A stretch of 58,519 nucleotides of DNA, taken from NCBI GenBank assembly GCA_035533875.1, contig DATLSZ010000033.1, positions 1-58,519 on the forward strand, given 5' to 3'. Both the position numbers and the translations under genes were made by a program. This DNA is from Candidatus Acidiferrales bacterium (GTDB lineage: Bacteria; Patescibacteriota; Microgenomatia; Levybacterales; UBA12049). The notes beneath the pieces were generated by a model. That model did no database searches, had not been told where the DNA came from, and was given only the letters and a program-made list of their open reading frames with translations. Position 1 is the stretch's first letter. Every line of letters starts with the position of its first letter. This document shows positions 1 to 9,607 of the stretch, piece after piece.

Positions 1-140
<140 letters not shown>

Positions 141-316
141 AAGAAGTGATCCTCTGTAATAAATTACAGAATTGACTTCCGGATTCAGGTTTCTTTATTT
201 ACTCTTCATCATCTTTTGGATGAATCGGGGATTTAGGAATAACCTGAAAAATTCCTACCACATCTTGATCTTCGAGCGCTTTCGCGTGAAACGCGCTCGA
301 AAAGTGTACTGTCAAT

Positions 317-329
317 TTGTCAAAGAGCT
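317..329 (-). promoter_or_regulatory. boxA-like rRNA antitermination element
   Basis: Minus strand AGCTCTTTGACAA in the rrn leader, close to the boxA consensus (T)GCTCTTTAACA. Confidence 0.65.
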
Positions 330-408
330 TTCTGCAAAACTAAAGCTCTGCAGACCCCACGCAGCTTTATGCGTAGTGGGGTAAAATATGTAATGGCCCC
401 CAAAGATG

Positions 409-431
409 AAAAAACCCCGCCGCAGGCGAGG
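409..431 (-). terminator. Intrinsic terminator-like hairpin
   Basis: Minus strand CCTCGCC-TGC-GGCGGGG (7-bp stem, one G:U) followed by TTTTTT. Confidence 0.55.
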
Positions 432-477
432 TGAACTCGAAAAATCCTTGGCGAAAGACTTTACATACTGTCTACAC

Positions 478-505
478 ATTATAGACTATTTTAGCTTCAT
501 GTCAA
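478..505 (-). promoter_or_regulatory. Sigma70 promoter, probable rrn promoter
   Basis: TTGACA (505-500), 16-nt spacer, TATAAT (483-478), pointing to the 16S gene. A 16-bp spacer is typical of rRNA promoters. Confidence 0.75.
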
Positions 506-514
506 GCTGGAACT

Positions 515-1069
515 TTACCGCAGAAATTTTTTTAATTTCTCAAAATCTTCCTGCAGCAGAGGTTTATATTTATTTGGAAACCTGAGAGCCGCAGCAGGAT
601 GGAAGGTCAAAAAGTATTTTATTCCATCTTTTTCTTCAATAATTTGTCCATGCTCTTTGGCGACAGCTACTTTTTTTTCTAAAACACCTTCAGCTGCAAC
701 TCTACCTAGAAGCATGACAACCTTGGGTCGAATAACGGCAAATTGCTTCATCAGATGAATTCTGCCATGCGCGATATCTTGTGATGTCGGCGTTCCGCGG
801 TCAGGCAAATATTTCACCGGACTGGTGATATAGACGTCGTCCTCTTGTAAACCAATCCCACGGATCAGACTCCTCAGGAGCTGTCCTGATCTGCCGATAA
901 ACGGCCGGCCTGTCGCTGCTTCTTGTTTCCCCGGTGCCTCACCGATAAAAATAACCGAGGAATCAGAATTGCCTTCTCCCGGTACAGCCATGCCACTCTT
1001 GCGTTCTTTACAAATTTTGCAGTTCTCAATTTCTCGAGCGATTTTATCCAGTTCTTTTTGCTTATTCAT
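515..1069 (-). CDS. udg: Uracil-DNA glycosylase, family 4-like
   Basis: CxxC, GEG, FIGEAPG, PFIGRSG and HPAA motifs. Confidence 0.9.
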   Translation of the reverse strand: MNKQKELDKIAREIENCKICKERKSGMAVPGEGNSDSSVIFIGEAPGKQEAATGRPFIGRSGQLLRSLIRGIGLQEDDVYITSPVKYLPDRGTPTSQDIAHGRIHLMKQFAVIRPKVVMLLGRVAAEGVLEKKVAVAKEHGQIIEEKDGIKYFLTFHPAAALRFPNKYKPLLQEDFEKLKKFLR

Positions 1070-1076
1070 AAAATCT

Positions 1077-1610
1077 TTAATCTTTTCTAAACTCCATCAC
1101 TTTATACAGCATAATCCCCAAACTCACCATAACATTGAGACTAATATTGATTCCCCACATCGGCATTTCGGCAATATAATCAGACGCCTCCATAGCTTCT
1201 TTGGAAACCCCATCCGTCTCATGACCAATAATTAGTGCCATTGGAAACGTATAGGGAATCGTGTCATAGGGAACACTCCTATCATTTTGTTCAACGGAAA
1301 TAATTTGAATATCTTTAATCTTCAATCGTAAATCGTTAATCGCGTCAACAGCAGTGGGTCTGTACTCCCACGGTACCCATTCTGTCGTATTAATTGAAGC
1401 CTTTTTTATCCGGTGATGCGGCGGCGTTTCAGTCCCACCGCAGAGGTAAACTTTCTCAACAGCGACAGCATCAGCAAGCCGGAAGATCGCGCCGATATTG
1501 TACGTGTCGAGCACGTTGTCTACTATTATATAGATCGGATTGCGCTTGATCTTCTTCAACGCTTCCGGGTCATGTTCGCTTAAACGTAATTTCTTAGCAT
1601 CCAGTTTCAT
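1077..1610 (-). CDS. SpoU/TrmH-family RNA methyltransferase
   Basis: DNVLDTYNIGAIFR, IIGHETDG and SLNV SPOUT motifs. Start placed at ATG 1610 because TATAAT lies 6 nt upstream. Confidence 0.88.
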   Translation of the reverse strand: MKLDAKKLRLSEHDPEALKKIKRNPIYIIVDNVLDTYNIGAIFRLADAVAVEKVYLCGGTETPPHHRIKKASINTTEWVPWEYRPTAVDAINDLRLKIKDIQIISVEQNDRSVPYDTIPYTFPMALIIGHETDGVSKEAMEASDYIAEMPMWGINISLNVMVSLGIMLYKVMEFRKD

Positions 1611-1667
1611 AAAGATATTATACAACAGCTTATAAAAATAGCCACTGATCTGCTACAATCAGAACTA

Positions 1668-2573
1668 TTGATGCAATCTAAATTCAGTGATAAACAACTG
1701 GCACTTTTTACGATAATCGATGCGATCATTCTCGGTGGAGCGCTTGCTCCGTCAACAAAGATTTCTTTACAAAGTATTCCCGTGTTCAGCTATAATTTGA
1801 TTCGTTTTACCGGGGCAACACTTGTGCTTTTCCCCTTTTTTCTTAAGCATGCACCAAAAACGAGCAAACATTTTTATAAAGTTCTCTTTCTGTCTCTTTT
1901 TCTTACCGGCAATGTGATGCTTGCCCCAATCGGCATCGCATTAACAACAGCAACAATTTCACAGATGATCTATGTCTTCGTACCGATTATCGTTGCTGTT
2001 ATTTCCTATTTTATTGGGGTAGAAGTATTCAACATGAGAAAAATAACAGGGCTTATCATCGGGTTTCTCGGTGCAATCGTCATCATCATACTTCCTGAGA
2101 TTGAACATTTTTCACCATTCTCCGGCAATATTCAAGGCAATCTTATTATTTTTGCAGCAGCAATCACAATGGCTTTATACACAGTATTTTCAAAAAAGTA
2201 TCATACCCACTATACGCCGCTGCAACTGACATCATTTTTTGTATTTATCACCTTTGCCATAACGCTTCCTTTTGCAGTGAGTGATATTGTGTATCATCCG
2301 CTTTGGTGGCATCATGTTACTTCCGCTGCACTTATCGCTGCTCTTTATAATGGTATCTTGGGGACTACAGGATACTATCTTCTCTATCAGTATGCCATCA
2401 AACACGGCTCTCCGGTCATCGCGTCTATGCTGCTTTATTTACAACCAGCAGCGACTTTTGTCTGGGCATCACTGCTGCTCGGCGAACAAATAACCGCGGG
2501 ATTCTTGATTGGGACAACACTCGCCTTCATCGGAGTCTATCTGACAATAAACGCACGTATAACCCGCAAATAA
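1668..2573 (+). CDS. EamA/DMT-family transporter
   Basis: About 10 hydrophobic segments in two EamA-like repeats. Confidence 0.85.
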   Translation: MMQSKFSDKQLALFTIIDAIILGGALAPSTKISLQSIPVFSYNLIRFTGATLVLFPFFLKHAPKTSKHFYKVLFLSLFLTGNVMLAPIGIALTTATISQMIYVFVPIIVAVISYFIGVEVFNMRKITGLIIGFLGAIVIIILPEIEHFSPFSGNIQGNLIIFAAAITMALYTVFSKKYHTHYTPLQLTSFFVFITFAITLPFAVSDIVYHPLWWHHVTSAALIAALYNGILGTTGYYLLYQYAIKHGSPVIASMLLYLQPAATFVWASLLLGEQITAGFLIGTTLAFIGVYLTINARITRK

Positions 2574-2575
2574 CC

Positions 2576-4693
2576 TCATTTCGAAGGACGATACGATCTC
2601 CGCACAACCTTCTTCACCATATTCCTCTTTTTGGTAGCCTTCAAACTTGTCCCAGCTGTTTTCTTTTTGGGATCGGCAACCCCGCTTGTTTTGATATCAT
2701 CAAGCTTCCATGCGGCGAAGTTACAATTGGGATAATTGGAACAACCATAAAACTTGCGGCCTTTTCGGGTCTTTTTGATGATGATCTTCCCATTGTCTTT
2801 CGGACAAAGCACATTGGTTTCCTCAACAAACGGTTTGGTAAAATTGCAGTCGGGAAATGTGCTGCATGAAAAAAACTTTCCGAATCTACCGGTCCGGACA
2901 ACGAGGTTACCTTTACCACATTGCGGACAAACCTCATCGGTTTCTTCAACAGGGATCTTTACCCGCTCTGCATTTTCAACTTCTGCAATCGATTTTTCAA
3001 ATGGCTTGTAAAAATCTTTCATCATTGCCTTCCAGTCTTTTTCTCCATTTGCAATTGCATCCAATTCGTATTCCATAGAAGCGGTAAATGGAACATCATC
3101 AATCGTCGCAAAATTCTTGACGAGAAAATCATTAACGGCCATGCCGACAGAAGTCGGAAGAAACTTCCGCTCAACCCGTTCCACATATCCCCTGTCGGTA
3201 ATTGTAGAGATAATTGACGCATACGTTGATGGTCTACCAATTTCTTTTTCTTCAAGGGTTTTGATGAGGGATGCGTCATTATACCGCGGCGGTGGTGTTG
3301 TTTCATGTTCTTCAGAACGCACCTCAACGAATGATAATGACTCACCGGTTGTGAACTTAGGCAGCCGGGTATCCTCAAGTGCCTGTGGTGTTAGTTTTAA
3401 GAATCCATCAAATAACAAAACTGATCCGTTTGCCTTTAACCGGTAGACTTGCTTGGCATCATTGGGGGTATCCACAAGTACCGTCGTTGATTCAACAAGC
3501 GCATCGCTCATCTGTGACGCGATTGCACGCCGCCAGATCATGTCATATAATTTCGCGTACGCATCTCCCAAATCCGCTTTGACCCGATCCGCCATATGGG
3601 CAATTTTTGTAGGACGGATGGCTTCATGCGCTTCCTGCGCGTTTTTTTGTTTGGTGAAATAGGACCGGGGCGCTTGAGGAATATATGTGTCGCCGTATTG
3701 CTTTTGTACATATTCACGGATCTGTACAATCGCTGTTTGGGATATGATCACTGAATCGGTTCTGTGATACGTAATATACCCTTCCTCATATAATTTTTGC
3801 GCAAGACTCATGGTCCGTTTGCCGGGCAAACCAAACCGCTGCGCAGCCTGCTGCTGAAGCGTTGATGTGGTAAATGGTGGATACGGACTCCTTTTTGCCT
3901 GTCTAGTTATGACATCACTAACGATATATGTATGACCACGCAAATCGATGACTATTTTCTCTCCCTTTGCCAGAGTATCAATTGTTGTTTTGGCAAAGGT
4001 ATACTCACCATCATAAAGATTGAGCGTTTTTTTAATTTCTATTTTTTCTTTATTTATTTCAATCAGTTCAAATTCCGTATCTTGTCCTTTATTCGAAAGG
4101 ATAACATGAATGGTAAAGTACGGCTCTTTGCCGAATTTTTCAATCTCACGCTCCCTTTCAACCAAAAGTCTGAGTGCCACACTTTGCACCCGTCCGGCTG
4201 ATAATCCCCGTCTTACTTTCTTCCATAGAACCGGCGACAGCTGATAGCCAACGAGCCGATCCAGAACTCGTCTGGCTGTCTGCGCACTGACCAAATTATG
4301 ATCGACACCACGCGGATGTGATAAGGCGTCTTTTATCGCGCCTTCAGTAATTTCATGAAAGACAATCCGTTTGAATTTATCCTTACCAATCTTCTTATCA
4401 AGCAGCACCTCTTGGATATTTGCCGATATTGCTTCTCCTTCCCGATCAGGGTCGGTTGCAAGAAGAATAGCGTCAGCTCCTTTGGCCGCAGCTCGTAATT
4501 CTGCTATCAGCTTTTTTTTATCTTCGATGATTTCATACTGCGGTGCGAAATCATGTTCGATATCAATTGCCAACTTATTTTTGGGAAGATCAATAATATG
4601 CCCCATGGAAAATTTGATATCATAATCTTTTCCTAAGAACCGTGAGATTGTCTTTGCTTTGGTTGGTGATTCAACAATAACTAAGTTTTTCAT
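2576..4693 (-). CDS. topA: DNA topoisomerase I
   Basis: LVIVESPTKAK, ATDPDREGE, SAGRVQS, GYITYHRTD (catalytic Tyr) and C-terminal Zn ribbons. Confidence 0.98.
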   Translation of the reverse strand: MKNLVIVESPTKAKTISRFLGKDYDIKFSMGHIIDLPKNKLAIDIEHDFAPQYEIIEDKKKLIAELRAAAKGADAILLATDPDREGEAISANIQEVLLDKKIGKDKFKRIVFHEITEGAIKDALSHPRGVDHNLVSAQTARRVLDRLVGYQLSPVLWKKVRRGLSAGRVQSVALRLLVEREREIEKFGKEPYFTIHVILSNKGQDTEFELIEINKEKIEIKKTLNLYDGEYTFAKTTIDTLAKGEKIVIDLRGHTYIVSDVITRQAKRSPYPPFTTSTLQQQAAQRFGLPGKRTMSLAQKLYEEGYITYHRTDSVIISQTAIVQIREYVQKQYGDTYIPQAPRSYFTKQKNAQEAHEAIRPTKIAHMADRVKADLGDAYAKLYDMIWRRAIASQMSDALVESTTVLVDTPNDAKQVYRLKANGSVLLFDGFLKLTPQALEDTRLPKFTTGESLSFVEVRSEEHETTPPPRYNDASLIKTLEEKEIGRPSTYASIISTITDRGYVERVERKFLPTSVGMAVNDFLVKNFATIDDVPFTASMEYELDAIANGEKDWKAMMKDFYKPFEKSIAEVENAERVKIPVEETDEVCPQCGKGNLVVRTGRFGKFFSCSTFPDCNFTKPFVEETNVLCPKDNGKIIIKKTRKGRKFYGCSNYPNCNFAAWKLDDIKTSGVADPKKKTAGTSLKATKKRNMVKKVVRRSYRPSK

Positions 4694-4799
4694 ATGTATT
4701 TCATTCAAATACGTTAACGCGTTAACAAATAATAACTACGATTGTAGTCTACATTATACAAGGTGTGTCAAGGGGGTAGTTATTATAGTATACTTTATG

Positions 4800-5816
4800 T
4801 TATTGTAAGCTACTTCCAACTAATGCAATCATTGCAGTATCAATTTCGTCAGTTCTACCTTGCCATCGCCACCTATTTACATCAATGATACGATTAACAC
4901 CAGTTCTGTCTATTATACAATTATAACCGTTTCCAGCATCATCGGCTGGCAGAAGTGATGTTTCTGTACGGACTTGTTCCAAGAGAGAGGGAAGTGAAGG
5001 ACCACTTGATGACCCATATCCTTCATCAATATTTGCAACAACTAATGAAACTCTCCCATCCGGATTAACAATGAGCGCTTGAGGAATTTCAACAGGTATC
5101 CCATCTCTGTGTAACTCTGTTAACATTGCTGCCTCCCAAAATGTTTGCACCTCGACAAGCGGATCATGTATTGTCACAGGTTTAACTCCTGATCTATTCC
5201 CCTGCCACCAATATTGTCCTCTGGCAAGATCAGCTCTACTAGTAGTAAACCTTCTTTCTCCCTCTTTAACAACTATTTTAGGATTTTCTCCGGTAGATAA
5301 TTCATCGACTGTATAAACAGGTCGCTGATTACCCATTCCTGTTCTTCTTGCCCACCGCGTAACATCTAAACTTTCTTCTGAAACAGTTCTGCTCGGTAGT
5401 AACAATACCTGATGTCCTTCTGCAGTTTCTCTTACCTCTATCGGACCATATGCAGTGATAGCCTCCAAAGGACCACGCACAAAAGGAGAGTCTATCTTAA
5501 TAGATGAGTGTACATGATCTACTCCAACTTCTGCTGTTGCTGCTACAACCAGATCAGTAGTGACCCTTCGAAATCCATCTACTTGGACAGTCTCATCCGC
5601 TCCAGTTCTTGATAATGCTGAATGAAGTCCTCGTGGCATTACAGAACGGCCTACATTACCTCCTGTCCCTGTTCTTACAGCAACTGATGGACGTACTCGT
5701 GTTCTTGCATCAGATTTTTGTCTTTCAGATCCAGACAAGCCTGCAGAACCATGAATACTACTCGCTTCACCTGAAGCGAATGCCGAGCTTGAAATAGCTT
5801 TTGAATGTTCAGCCAT
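4800..5816 (-). CDS. Orphan protein; disordered N-terminus and putative protein-kinase-like C-terminal domain
   Basis: 338-aa ORF with its own intergenic space; motifs KIVVKE, WEAAMLTELHRDGIPVEIP, DDAGNGYN, IIDV. Confidence 0.7.
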   Translation of the reverse strand: MAEHSKAISSSAFASGEASSIHGSAGLSGSERQKSDARTRVRPSVAVRTGTGGNVGRSVMPRGLHSALSRTGADETVQVDGFRRVTTDLVVAATAEVGVDHVHSSIKIDSPFVRGPLEAITAYGPIEVRETAEGHQVLLLPSRTVSEESLDVTRWARRTGMGNQRPVYTVDELSTGENPKIVVKEGERRFTTSRADLARGQYWWQGNRSGVKPVTIHDPLVEVQTFWEAAMLTELHRDGIPVEIPQALIVNPDGRVSLVVANIDEGYGSSSGPSLPSLLEQVRTETSLLPADDAGNGYNCIIDRTGVNRIIDVNRWRWQGRTDEIDTAMIALVGSSLQ

Positions 5817-5873
5817 ATAAATCCATTCTTAAAACAAAAAAAACCTCCGCAATAGAGACGATTTTTTATAAAA

Positions 5874-6347
5874 TTAATTCTCTAACGTATTTACTGCAAA
5901 ATGCTGATGAAAAATTTTTTCCAGATATTCTTTATCAACATCATCAAATGAATCTTTCTCGGTACTATCCACATCAAATACGGCAATCAATTCTTTCTTA
6001 CTATTAAAAACTGGCACAACTATCTCAGATTGTGATCTACTGTCACAGGCAATGTGACCGGGGAATTTGTTTACGTCTTTTACGATCTGTGTCTTTTTTT
6101 CTTGTGCCGACGTTCCACAAACGCCCTTACCAAACGCAATATGCAGACAGCCAAGTGTCCCTTGATATGGGCCGACAATAAGCTCTCCGTTGTGAACGAG
6201 ATAAAATCCTGTCCAGAAATAATATGATAAGGTTTCCCGCAAAATACAATTTATCGTCGCCATCTTTACAATGATATGTGACTCACCTTCCAATACAGAA
6301 TCAATTTGCTTGAGTGCAAGTTGATACTTTATTGTTTTATCTTTCAT
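5874..6347 (-). CDS. msrC: GAF-domain free methionine-(R)-sulfoxide reductase
   Basis: FWTGFY, GPYQG, GKGVCG, FPGHIACD and SEIVVP motifs. Start at ATG 6347 behind a GGAGG. Confidence 0.85.
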   Translation of the reverse strand: MKDKTIKYQLALKQIDSVLEGESHIIVKMATINCILRETLSYYFWTGFYLVHNGELIVGPYQGTLGCLHIAFGKGVCGTSAQEKKTQIVKDVNKFPGHIACDSRSQSEIVVPVFNSKKELIAVFDVDSTEKDSFDDVDKEYLEKIFHQHFAVNTLEN

Positions 6348-6353
6348 AACAAC

Positions 6354-6377
6354 AAAAAAACCTCCCGGAAAGGAGGT
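6354..6377 (-). terminator. Riboswitch expression-platform terminator that also contains the SD of msrC
   Basis: ACCTCC-TTTCCG-GGAGGT followed by a T-tract. Confidence 0.75.
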
Positions 6378-6422
6378 CTTAAACAAAAAAATTGTTTTCC
6401 GTTTCTGCTCTCGCAGTTGGGA

Positions 6423-6535
6423 CTAATCCTCCCCCGTAGGGATTGGGTGGAGCACCCATCTCGGAAGCTTCAAACTAACCGAAGGGTTGCTGGATGGGTC
6501 ATCGAACCAATTCTCTCGCCATCTCTCTTGATTAA
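6423..6535 (-). promoter_or_regulatory. SAM-I-like (S-box) riboswitch, copy 1
   Basis: ATCAAGAG...GAGAGAATTGGTTCGATGA...CAGCAACC...GGTGCT; P1 TTAATC/GATTAG; upstream of a Met-related gene. Confidence 0.85.
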
Positions 6536-6548
6536 TTACATTATATCA

Positions 6549-7694
6549 CTAAATAAACTGCTCAGCAAGACGAGTGCCGCGTGTTTGGTTGACCAATTTT
6601 TGATGAGCGATATCCCATGTCCGTGTCCGCAAGCCGCAGTCAGGAGAAGGATTCACTAGTGCCGGATCACCAAGGACATTCACAGCATAAAGAATCCTGT
6701 CGCGGATCAGCTCAGGTGATTCGATAAAATCACTATGGATATCGGTAACTCCCAACCCGATACGTGATGGAATCTTATACTTTCGGAACCATTTCAAAAT
6801 TTCATACCCCGGACGAGTCCCTTCTTTTGTCCCAAGTTCTTTTGAATCACGGTTTGAGAGTTCCAGATCGTACTGGCTACACTGCTCCATCTTCTGAATA
6901 TGCGGAAAAAGGAGCGTATAGTCTGAAAAACAAATATGCACGCTGAATTCCCCTTTCAGACCTTTTACGGATTCATTAAATGACTCAACAAAAAGCGGCA
7001 CTTCAGATGGAATTGTCGTTGCTGCAGGCTCATCAATCTGTATCCACTGCGCGCCATTCTCAATAAGTTTTTGGATATTCGGCCGGAGTAAATTGCGCGC
7101 CACATCAAGGATAAACTGCCTTCGTGCTTTCTCACGGGATGCAAGTGATTTGACACTCCCGAGTTCCTGCACATTCTTTGCGTAATATTCATCAAAAGAC
7201 CACGCGGCGATTGTATACGCGCCGGTAATCGGTATTTTTATTTTCCGGTTGGTCAATTTCTGCAGGTTGAGGAACTCCTCGACATGCCAGGGTTTCTTGA
7301 GTTTTGGCTTGCTGACACAAGCGGCTTTTTGGTAGTATTTATTATCAAATGATCGAACAAGTCCTCGAAAAACAAAGCCGTCCGAAAGATTCACCGCATG
7401 CTGATACATCTCACTTCTGTTCTGCTCGCCGTCATAGACAACATCAACACCCGCATGCTCAATAAGCCGCAGCGCATACCGTGATGACCAGAGCATCACT
7501 TCTTCTTTTTCTTTTTGCGTCAGCGTCTTTTTCTTAAGAAGCGCAAGAAGCGGTTCATGATAGAGCCCGATGCGCTTGCCCCAATAGATCGCGTCATCAA
7601 TATCTCTTTGCGTGAATGGCTTGCCACGACCGACCTTCACCCGCCATTCGGGTTTGGCAAGACTTCCTATTTCATGTGTCAATAAATATGCCAT
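6549..7694 (-). CDS. metE: Cobalamin-independent methionine synthase, catalytic (C-terminal-half) subunit
   Basis: THEIGSL, DGEQNR, RSFDN, WIQIDEPA and Zn ligands HIC...E...PDCGL; only 381 aa. Confidence 0.85.
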   Translation of the reverse strand: MAYLLTHEIGSLAKPEWRVKVGRGKPFTQRDIDDAIYWGKRIGLYHEPLLALLKKKTLTQKEKEEVMLWSSRYALRLIEHAGVDVVYDGEQNRSEMYQHAVNLSDGFVFRGLVRSFDNKYYQKAACVSKPKLKKPWHVEEFLNLQKLTNRKIKIPITGAYTIAAWSFDEYYAKNVQELGSVKSLASREKARRQFILDVARNLLRPNIQKLIENGAQWIQIDEPAATTIPSEVPLFVESFNESVKGLKGEFSVHICFSDYTLLFPHIQKMEQCSQYDLELSNRDSKELGTKEGTRPGYEILKWFRKYKIPSRIGLGVTDIHSDFIESPELIRDRILYAVNVLGDPALVNPSPDCGLRTRTWDIAHQKLVNQTRGTRLAEQFI

Positions 7695-7698
7695 AATT

Positions 7699-8649
7699 TT
7701 ATTTAAAACTCTTTGTAACGTCTCCCAAAAGTCGTACTTTTTCTTTTGCGACAGGTTCCGGCAATAAATCCAGATCAGAATTATTACTCAGATAAATGTC
7801 GGTATCACCGAAATGCTTTTTTGCATTAGTAACAAAACGGGTAATCACCGTTTTTTCTTCAATAAGCGAATTCCTTCCGTCAACAACGCCGGCAATAATA
7901 GCATGTGGCAATTTTTTGGGCAAAGCAGCAAGCGGTGTAAAAACAAAATCGATACCAAGAACGTCCACTGCCTTATTACCGGCAAGTGCTGTTACGAGAT
8001 CAGTCGTATCGCCAAAATACCCATTCACTGCAAGGGCCGCTTTCCCTTTGGCTTTTTTCAATTGCAATAATGCTTTCCCGAGAAGCGCTATCTCTGATTT
8101 CTTAACTTTGTGATACGGAATAAACGGCTCATTCAATTGGATGAACGAAACGTTCTTTGCTGCAAGATAGATAAACAATTCTTCATAAAGTTTCGTTATC
8201 GCAGCCAGTGTTTTTTCAAATGAAGTTGTCGTAGTATCGTCAAGCAACTTTGCAAAAGTAAATGGCGATGCAAGTGTCACTTTCCACCGACCGGAAGTGG
8301 GTTTGATAAAATAGTCATCAAGCTTCTTTACCGATAGCTTCAATTTTCCGGTAATAATTGGCTGTCGGTAAAACGAATTGTTATCAAACCACCTTGTCAG
8401 TGAACCAACTTCCATGCCACTTGTTGCCGTAACAACCGGTCTAAAGATATCCTGCCAGTTAAGTTTACCATCTTCAAGAAATGCAAAGTTTGCCGTTTTC
8501 TGCACTGCCAATAATGCCGCACTATCTTTTGCTTGTTCTTTTTCTAATTCGGAAACCGTAACTCTCTTGCGGTCAAAGTCACGCGTTGTCTGGGCAAGAG
8601 ATCGTGACCGCGGATAGACACCATGGATAAATGCAGAAACTTTAGACAT
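7699..8649 (-). CDS. MetE N-terminal-half-like (folate-binding) subunit of a split MetE
   Basis: GVYPR, TRWFDNNSFYRQP, IQLNEP, AGVVDGRN; lacks Zn ligands; adjacent to the catalytic half; ATG 8649 overlaps the upstream stop. Confidence 0.75.
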   Translation of the reverse strand: MSKVSAFIHGVYPRSRSLAQTTRDFDRKRVTVSELEKEQAKDSAALLAVQKTANFAFLEDGKLNWQDIFRPVVTATSGMEVGSLTRWFDNNSFYRQPIITGKLKLSVKKLDDYFIKPTSGRWKVTLASPFTFAKLLDDTTTTSFEKTLAAITKLYEELFIYLAAKNVSFIQLNEPFIPYHKVKKSEIALLGKALLQLKKAKGKAALAVNGYFGDTTDLVTALAGNKAVDVLGIDFVFTPLAALPKKLPHAIIAGVVDGRNSLIEEKTVITRFVTNAKKHFGDTDIYLSNNSDLDLLPEPVAKEKVRLLGDVTKSFK

Positions 8650-9607
8650 ACAATGCTTGTCTCCTTTCTGCAGAGGCAGATTTTTCATACAGTGTCGTCA
8701 GTCTTTCAAGCAATGAAAAAGATGATTCGTAATTGTGTCTGTTGATATGTTCAACATTCAGACCGATTGGAATTCCGATATGCCCTTTTTCAACGAAACC
8801 CAGAATGTCTTCAAGAATATCCTGGCAGATCTGCAGCGACCGCCAACCGAGTCCGAGCCAACCGGTAGTCAATAATTCTTGTGTTTCATTTGGGATTTCA
8901 ACACCAAGCCACTTCAAAAGCTTGAGATCTGCGGCTGTCGTAAGCGGAGCAAAACTTAGAAAGATCATCTTTGGATCCACCTGTTCTTTCCGGCAGAGGT
9001 CCCAATAATCCTGTAAAAACTGCTTAGTTGACTGCGACTCATAGATAATTTGTGTTGTAAAGAATGTAACACCTGATAAGGATTTTCGCAAGACTCTTTT
9101 TTCTTCATGTAGTCTTGTAGGAATTACTATGCCACCCAAAACATCTCTCGGATATGCTGTACCCAGTGCTTTCGCCGTTTCTATGACGGACAAGCCAGGA
9201 TATGTAACCTTACTTGATTCTCCGCCGACGAGAATAAAATTATGAATACCAAACTTCTGTTGTGTCTCTTCAAACCACTCTTTTTGTTCATCCCATGGAA
9301 GATATACAACTGGCCGGTTAATGATAAGTTCACAATCGGTATATTTCTGTAAATATGTACACACAGTACGAGGTTCTAATTTTTCAATTGCCGCATCCCG
9401 CGTACCGCTTCTTGTTTCTTCCCTGACTTCTGGAATATTCACCGCATCAACCGGAAAGTGTTTGATCGTTGCCGAGAAGAGTGAAAAAGAACTATGCAGA
9501 TCTTCTTCGGGCAATGATTTCGGTAACGGTAGCAGTTCATACAAAATAGTCTTTTCGCCCCGTTCTATTTTCTGTTTTAACGTTAATTGTTTACTCTTTT
9601 TTTTCAT
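8642..9607 (-). CDS. metF: Methylenetetrahydrofolate reductase-like FAD oxidoreductase
   Basis: YELLP, DAVNIPE, LVGGE and FFTTQIIY resemble MTHFR barrel motifs; first gene of a SAM-riboswitch operon. Confidence 0.7.
   Translation of the reverse strand: MKKKSKQLTLKQKIERGEKTILYELLPLPKSLPEEDLHSSFSLFSATIKHFPVDAVNIPEVREETRSGTRDAAIEKLEPRTVCTYLQKYTDCELIINRPVVYLPWDEQKEWFEETQQKFGIHNFILVGGESSKVTYPGLSVIETAKALGTAYPRDVLGGIVIPTRLHEEKRVLRKSLSGVTFFTTQIIYESQSTKQFLQDYWDLCRKEQVDPKMIFLSFAPLTTAADLKLLKWLGVEIPNETQELLTTGWLGLGWRSLQICQDILEDILGFVEKGHIGIPIGLNVEHINRHNYESSFSLLERLTTLYEKSASAERRQALYV

Noticed and set aside
172-384. 70-aa ORF in the rRNA leader
   Set aside because: It is antisense to the rrn leader, overlaps boxA and processing hairpins, and has no protein-like features.
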